Shown here: positions 26,972 to 30,522 of the stretch, piece after piece | How positions within the stretch are numbered: the stretch's first letter is position 1 | Layout of the letters: each line of letters opens with the position of its first letter | The notes under the pieces: generated by a model | What the model was told of the DNA's origin: nothing | Database searches by the model: none | The model's input: the letters and a program-made list of their open reading frames with translations, nothing else | DNA from: a virus | Taxonomy: Duplodnaviria; Caudoviricetes | Reading direction: 5' to 3' (one strand) | IMG/VR virus record: IMGVR_UViG_3300033518_000149 | Coordinates: 1 to 30,522 of that record | DNA length: 30,522 nucleotides | Program-made: the position numbers and the translations under genes

Positions 26972-27820
26972 TTACCCTCTGGAGAGTTCAAATTCTTCAC
27001 ATATTTTAATAACATATTCTTTTACAAAATCCCAACTTACTAAAGTTCCATCATCATCAGCATATTGAGAAGGATCTTCTAAACCTAATTTAATAAAGGA
27101 TTCAATACGTTCAATACTTGAACCAGATTTATAATCACTTACCCATTCTCCATTACTTAATTGAATTGGATTATAACTTGTATTTGTTCTAGAATATATT
27201 TCTTTATAATCCAAACCCATAGATTTACATTTAATAATTCCATCTTCCAAAACACCTGTTTTATCTGTAATATTATATGGTGCGTAATAATCTACTTTGT
27301 CTGAATCCCAATTCCCAATTTTAAATGCATGTTCTAATGCTATACGGAATTCTTCTGAGCAATCTGGGTATATTCCGGTTTGTTCTTTATTGTTAAAATC
27401 ACCCATGTGTGTTCCCAGGGCGATTTTACATGGTTCCCCAGTACGTTTAACTACAGATAAGGCCACTGCATATGTTATTGCAGCAAATATAGCATTTCTG
27501 TTTGGAACTACTGTTGTTAGTGCGTTTTTATGAGCATAATGACCTTTTTCCATCTCCATAGAATCATTATCTATTAAACCACTCACCAATAAATTAGATA
27601 AACCATCCAAAGTTATTATTTGATGTTTTAAATTATATCCTTTATCTTGAAGATATTTTATAAGGGATTGGGCCCGTTCAAGTTCTACACTATGTTTTTG
27701 ACCATATGAATATGATAAACATATTACTTCATGATCTGTATTTAAAAGATTTAGTAAAAGGGTAGAGCTATCTAAACCACCACTTAAAGATAATACTGCA
27801 TATTTATTTTGTTTATTCAT
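26972..27820 (-). CDS. queC: 7-cyano-7-deazaguanine synthase, variant lacking the Zn-binding cysteines
   Basis: SLSGGLDSST, YGQKH..E, TVVPNRNAIF, YPDC..EF; C-terminal TSY...DYKSGSSIER replaces SCY...CxxCxxC. Confidence 0.92.
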   Translation of the reverse strand: MNKQNKYAVLSLSGGLDSSTLLLNLLNTDHEVICLSYSYGQKHSVELERAQSLIKYLQDKGYNLKHQIITLDGLSNLLVSGLIDNDSMEMEKGHYAHKNALTTVVPNRNAIFAAITYAVALSVVKRTGEPCKIALGTHMGDFNNKEQTGIYPDCSEEFRIALEHAFKIGNWDSDKVDYYAPYNITDKTGVLEDGIIKCKSMGLDYKEIYSRTNTSYNPIQLSNGEWVSDYKSGSSIERIESFIKLGLEDPSQYADDDGTLVSWDFVKEYVIKICEEFELSRG

Positions 27821-27824
27821 ATTT

Positions 27825-27980
27825 TCATAATTTATTTGCTATTTTTTTAATTGTTTCTTCATCTTCTGCACTCAAACGTAAACGAGCATATTTGCTTATT
27901 AGTTTTTTTACTATTTGATGCCATTCTTCATCCATTGGATTATTTTTCTTATTTACATTAGGTCGTGTGTGGGAATTCAT
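27825..27980 (-). CDS. Hypothetical protein (51 aa)
   Basis: Not in the ORF track. MNSHTRPNVNKKNNPMDEEWHQIVKKLISKY...ANKL fills the gap before queC. Confidence 0.4.
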   Translation of the reverse strand: MNSHTRPNVNKKNNPMDEEWHQIVKKLISKYARLRLSAEDEETIKKIANKL

Positions 27981-28020
27981 ACTCTAAAATTTAAAATGGT
28001 AAGTCATCGTCTTCAAGATT

Positions 28021-28251
28021 TCATGCCCAATCAATACCTCCAGGAATTGGGTCTGGTTCTCGAAAATAGAAATCCAAGAAATCTTTAGGGTACAAATGTA
28101 CAGCACCCGTATACTTTGGATTAGAGATTTGACGTTCTTGTGGTTTAATACCACCTTGATAAGCTGCTTGTGCAACTTCACCACCTAGTTCTTTACCCGC
28201 AGGTTTTCCTAAAAAGTCGTAAAGAGACAAATATTCTATTTTATTTTCCAT
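28021..28251 (-). CDS. Hypothetical protein
   Basis: 76-aa ORF downstream of a TTTG-N20-TATATT motif at 28276-28305. Confidence 0.6.
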   Translation of the reverse strand: MENKIEYLSLYDFLGKPAGKELGGEVAQAAYQGGIKPQERQISNPKYTGAVHLYPKDFLDFYFREPDPIPGGIDWA

Positions 28252-28285
28252 AATTTTAATTAAATATTTTCAATTAATATACAAT

Positions 28286-28414
28286 CTATTCTTTATATTT
28301 CCAAATATACCCTCCAGAAGTTTGAATTTTTCCTTTAAGTACTCTTTGAATAGATGGAGAGTTGGTAGATTTTACAGCTTCAGCTTGGTAAGACCATTCT
28401 TTAATAAATACATC
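28286..28414 (-). pseudogene. Remnant of an endonuclease C-terminal NUMOD1-like module
   Basis: Translates DVFIKEWSYQAEAVKSTNSPSIQRVLKGKIQTSGGYIWKYKE* with no start; matches the ends of the GIY-YIG genes in this window. Confidence 0.75.
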
Positions 28415-28415
28415 G

Positions 28416-29207
28416 CTATACCTCTAGAAATTTCTTAAACATTTTTACATTATGATATACTAAATCTACATTAATATCATCAATAGAAATATTTGAACAA
28501 CTATTCATGTTGGGAATTGGTTTTTCATGTAATCCATTAGTATATTTGATATTATCAATTGCAGCCATAATTGGATTGGACGTATCAATTGATTCGATAC
28601 ATTCAATGTTTTTATACATAGGGAATTCAAAAACTCCAGCAGTTCCAAGTAAATGCACACGATCAAATTTAGTTAATATTTTTTGTTCGTATAAAGATGA
28701 AAGTACAATAAAACGTCCAATTGCTTTTCCAAGATCTTTATTTGGGTGTGGACATACCTCATTATAGTAAGAGGCACCATATGAATATGCTATTTTCTTG
28801 TATCCTAGATCTTTATATGCTTTTGTACAAAGTATAGTCTCATGCATTGATTTTGCTTGCACTACCACAACTTTAGTTACCTCTTTAGGTAGTTCAACAG
28901 TTGCCCATTGTCTTGCATTTCTAACTGAAGCATCTTTATCTTCCCATACATCTGGAATAAAGACACATTCTGGTTTTAGTATATTGATCCATTTAAGGAG
29001 GATTTCTCCTCCAATAGCATATCCTTTTTCATGCAAGCTATTATCTAAATAGATAGGGATACCTTCATCTCTACATTTAATAAAATGGTTTCTATATTCT
29101 TCATTTTCTTCTAAAAGATGAACCAATGCATATTGGTAGTCGCAAAATTTGAGACTATTTTCCAATAAACAAAAAGGAACTTCATGACTTATAAGAATTT
29201 TTTTCAT
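28416..29207 (-). CDS. TGT-fold protein, probable DpdA-like 7-deazaguanine transglycosylase
   Basis: Motif order YLDNS, IPDV, VVQ, VHLLG, SIDTS matches the TGT barrel. No C-terminal Zn motif of tRNA TGTs is visible. It heads the queC-queD-queE block. Confidence 0.7.
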   Translation of the reverse strand: MKKILISHEVPFCLLENSLKFCDYQYALVHLLEENEEYRNHFIKCRDEGIPIYLDNSLHEKGYAIGGEILLKWINILKPECVFIPDVWEDKDASVRNARQWATVELPKEVTKVVVVQAKSMHETILCTKAYKDLGYKKIAYSYGASYYNEVCPHPNKDLGKAIGRFIVLSSLYEQKILTKFDRVHLLGTAGVFEFPMYKNIECIESIDTSNPIMAAIDNIKYTNGLHEKPIPNMNSCSNISIDDINVDLVYHNVKMFKKFLEV

Positions 29208-29213
29208 ATTATT

Positions 29214-29462
29214 TTAATTTAAAGCAAACATATATTCTTTTTCTTCAATCTCCACATTTTCAGGTGTTGAAAAACGAGTAGCATCATAGCCAATCCAACG
29301 CATACCCCATTTTGTGGTACCTTCGTTTATCGCGCCTTTAATAATGTAAACTCGTTGATCTAGTGCGTTTACATATTCAGATTCGACTTCGTATTCTTTA
29401 CCTTTAACAACGTTAGCTCCTAAAGGTTGATTTTTGTCATTAATACAAGTTACTGTTTTCAT
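29214..29462 (-). CDS. Hypothetical protein
   Basis: 82-aa beta-rich ORF tightly packed in the operon. Confidence 0.6.
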   Translation of the reverse strand: MKTVTCINDKNQPLGANVVKGKEYEVESEYVNALDQRVYIIKGAINEGTTKWGMRWIGYDATRFSTPENVEIEEKEYMFALN

Positions 29463-29463
29463 A

Positions 29464-29982
29464 TTACCAATTTAATTCATGATTTACAACTCTTAAAGCA
29501 TAGTCATTTACTCTAGGATATCCTGTATTGTAATATCCAAATACAATAGGCCAACTTTTATACCTATTATATAATCGTCTTAAGTACCCCATTGATGTTC
29601 TGATATTGTATTTTAGATCTGTTCTCAGTTGAATACGTGAGACATTATCATTATTTAAATATCGAGCAGTTGAGAGTAATATTTGCATTGGTCCTTCGGC
29701 ACCAGTTGGTGAAGTTTGAGCGGGATTATAATTCCAATGAAATGGACCTCTATATCTAGTTTCAGCATATGCTATTCCAAAAGCATATTTTAACGGAATA
29801 TCGAATGTATCAGCATATGTTTTAATATATTTGTACATTTGCAAACTTGGAGGTGAGTTTTGGTCTATACTGTCTGGAATGCGTGTTTTTTGGGTAGTTT
29901 CTTTTTCCGGTTCAGTAACAGTAAAAGTGGTGACAGCTACTGCTCCCACCACTAAACCGATTTTAATATTATTTACCAGCAT
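29464..29982 (-). CDS. Lytic transglycosylase (SLT domain) with N-terminal hydrophobic segment
   Basis: AYAET, SPTGAEGPMQI, NI..SM.YL, YYNTG. Probable start MLVNNIKIGLVVGAVAV at 29982. Confidence 0.85.
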   Translation of the reverse strand: MLVNNIKIGLVVGAVAVTTFTVTEPEKETTQKTRIPDSIDQNSPPSLQMYKYIKTYADTFDIPLKYAFGIAYAETRYRGPFHWNYNPAQTSPTGAEGPMQILLSTARYLNNDNVSRIQLRTDLKYNIRTSMGYLRRLYNRYKSWPIVFGYYNTGYPRVNDYALRVVNHELNW

Positions 29983-30289
29983 TTGTTGCCTCTTGGTGAA
30001 TACGATTTGCGTACATTCCAAAAATGGTTTGACCAATTTTATCGGAATATACAATATACTCTCCAGTTGATCTTTCAATCATAATCAGTTCATTTGATTC
30101 ATTAACTGCGATTGAAATTTCTTCAGGTGAAAACGCGTGAGAGTATGGGTTTTTTACTTTAACTACTCCTTTTTTAGATGATTGATAAATTCCACCTAAT
30201 TGAAACATAGCGGTTCCTATAGATACAACGATAATTACGTTTAGAGCTGGTTTAATGATTTTTGAAATTGATTCTCTGTTAATTTTCAT
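29969..30289 (-). CDS. Membrane-anchored hypothetical protein
   Basis: Single N-terminal hydrophobic helix (ALNVIIVVSIGTAMFQLGG); overlaps the transglycosylase start; GTAG-N20-TATATT upstream at 30315-30344. Confidence 0.6.
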   Translation of the reverse strand: MKINRESISKIIKPALNVIIVVSIGTAMFQLGGIYQSSKKGVVKVKNPYSHAFSPEEISIAVNESNELIMIERSTGEYIVYSDKIGQTIFGMYANRIHQEATNAGK

Positions 30290-30324
30290 AAACTTTATTT
30301 TTAAATTATACTTAAATATACGAC

Positions 30325-30522
30325 TTATTTTTTGGAAGGCCTACCTCTTTTTTCTTCTTGTTTACCTGATTTATCAAATGTTTTTAAACAATACATATAA
30401 AATTCTTCAGTTGTGCCATTGAATTCAATCACATGATCATCATATTCTTGGCTTGTCATAACAAACTCACGTAAAAAACCTTTCTTCAACTCAACAAGTA
30501 AATCTTTTTCAAGTTTGTTAAA
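30325..30522 (-). CDS. 3' end of a hypothetical protein with C-terminal AT-hook-like motif
   Basis: Open from the right edge: FNKLEKDLLVELKKGFLREF...EEKRGRPSKK*. Confidence 0.55.
   Translation of the reverse strand, partial: FNKLEKDLLVELKKGFLREFVMTSQEYDDHVIEFNGTTEEFYMYCLKTFDKSGKQEEKRGRPSKK

Noticed and set aside
15526-29207. Genome-wide TAG reassignment
   Set aside because: Long conserved genes have no internal TAG and use TGG for Trp. TAG ends the pyrophosphatase and TGT-fold genes at plausible positions.

Overview
This is a strongly AT-rich window from a large T4-like dsDNA phage, with all credible genes on the minus strand. A Bacteroidota host is likely, based on TTTG-N20-TATATT promoters, A-rich starts without Shine-Dalgarno sequences and a Cys-less QueC. 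The window holds a replication module (split family-B DNA polymerase, sliding clamp, two clamp-loader subunits, Cas4-like exonuclease), GroEL/GroES, two GT-B glycosyltransferases and a lytic transglycosylase. It also holds a 7-deazaguanine pathway (folE, queD, queE, queC, a TGT/DpdA-like transglycosylase) with a neighbouring NTP pyrophosphatase. The most striking feature is eight free-standing HNH and GIY-YIG endonuclease genes, plus remnants, several of which sit inside or at the ends of conserved genes with no room for an intron or intein. The cassettes appear to repair their targets at the DNA level. One supplies a new 5' end to queE and leaves the old 33-codon start stranded. One supplies a new 3' end to the exonuclease and leaves the old Cys-containing tail stranded. 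Two split the polymerase and a glycosyltransferase into two ORFs with new stop and start codons. Each cassette has its own ATAT(G/T)TATA promoter-like motif, four have hairpins that bury their start codon, and two carry unannotated ribbon-helix-helix genes. Islands of probable late virion genes, bracketed by the same motif and by terminator/promoter hybrids, are interleaved with the replication genes. All calls come from reading motifs by eye; no searches were run.
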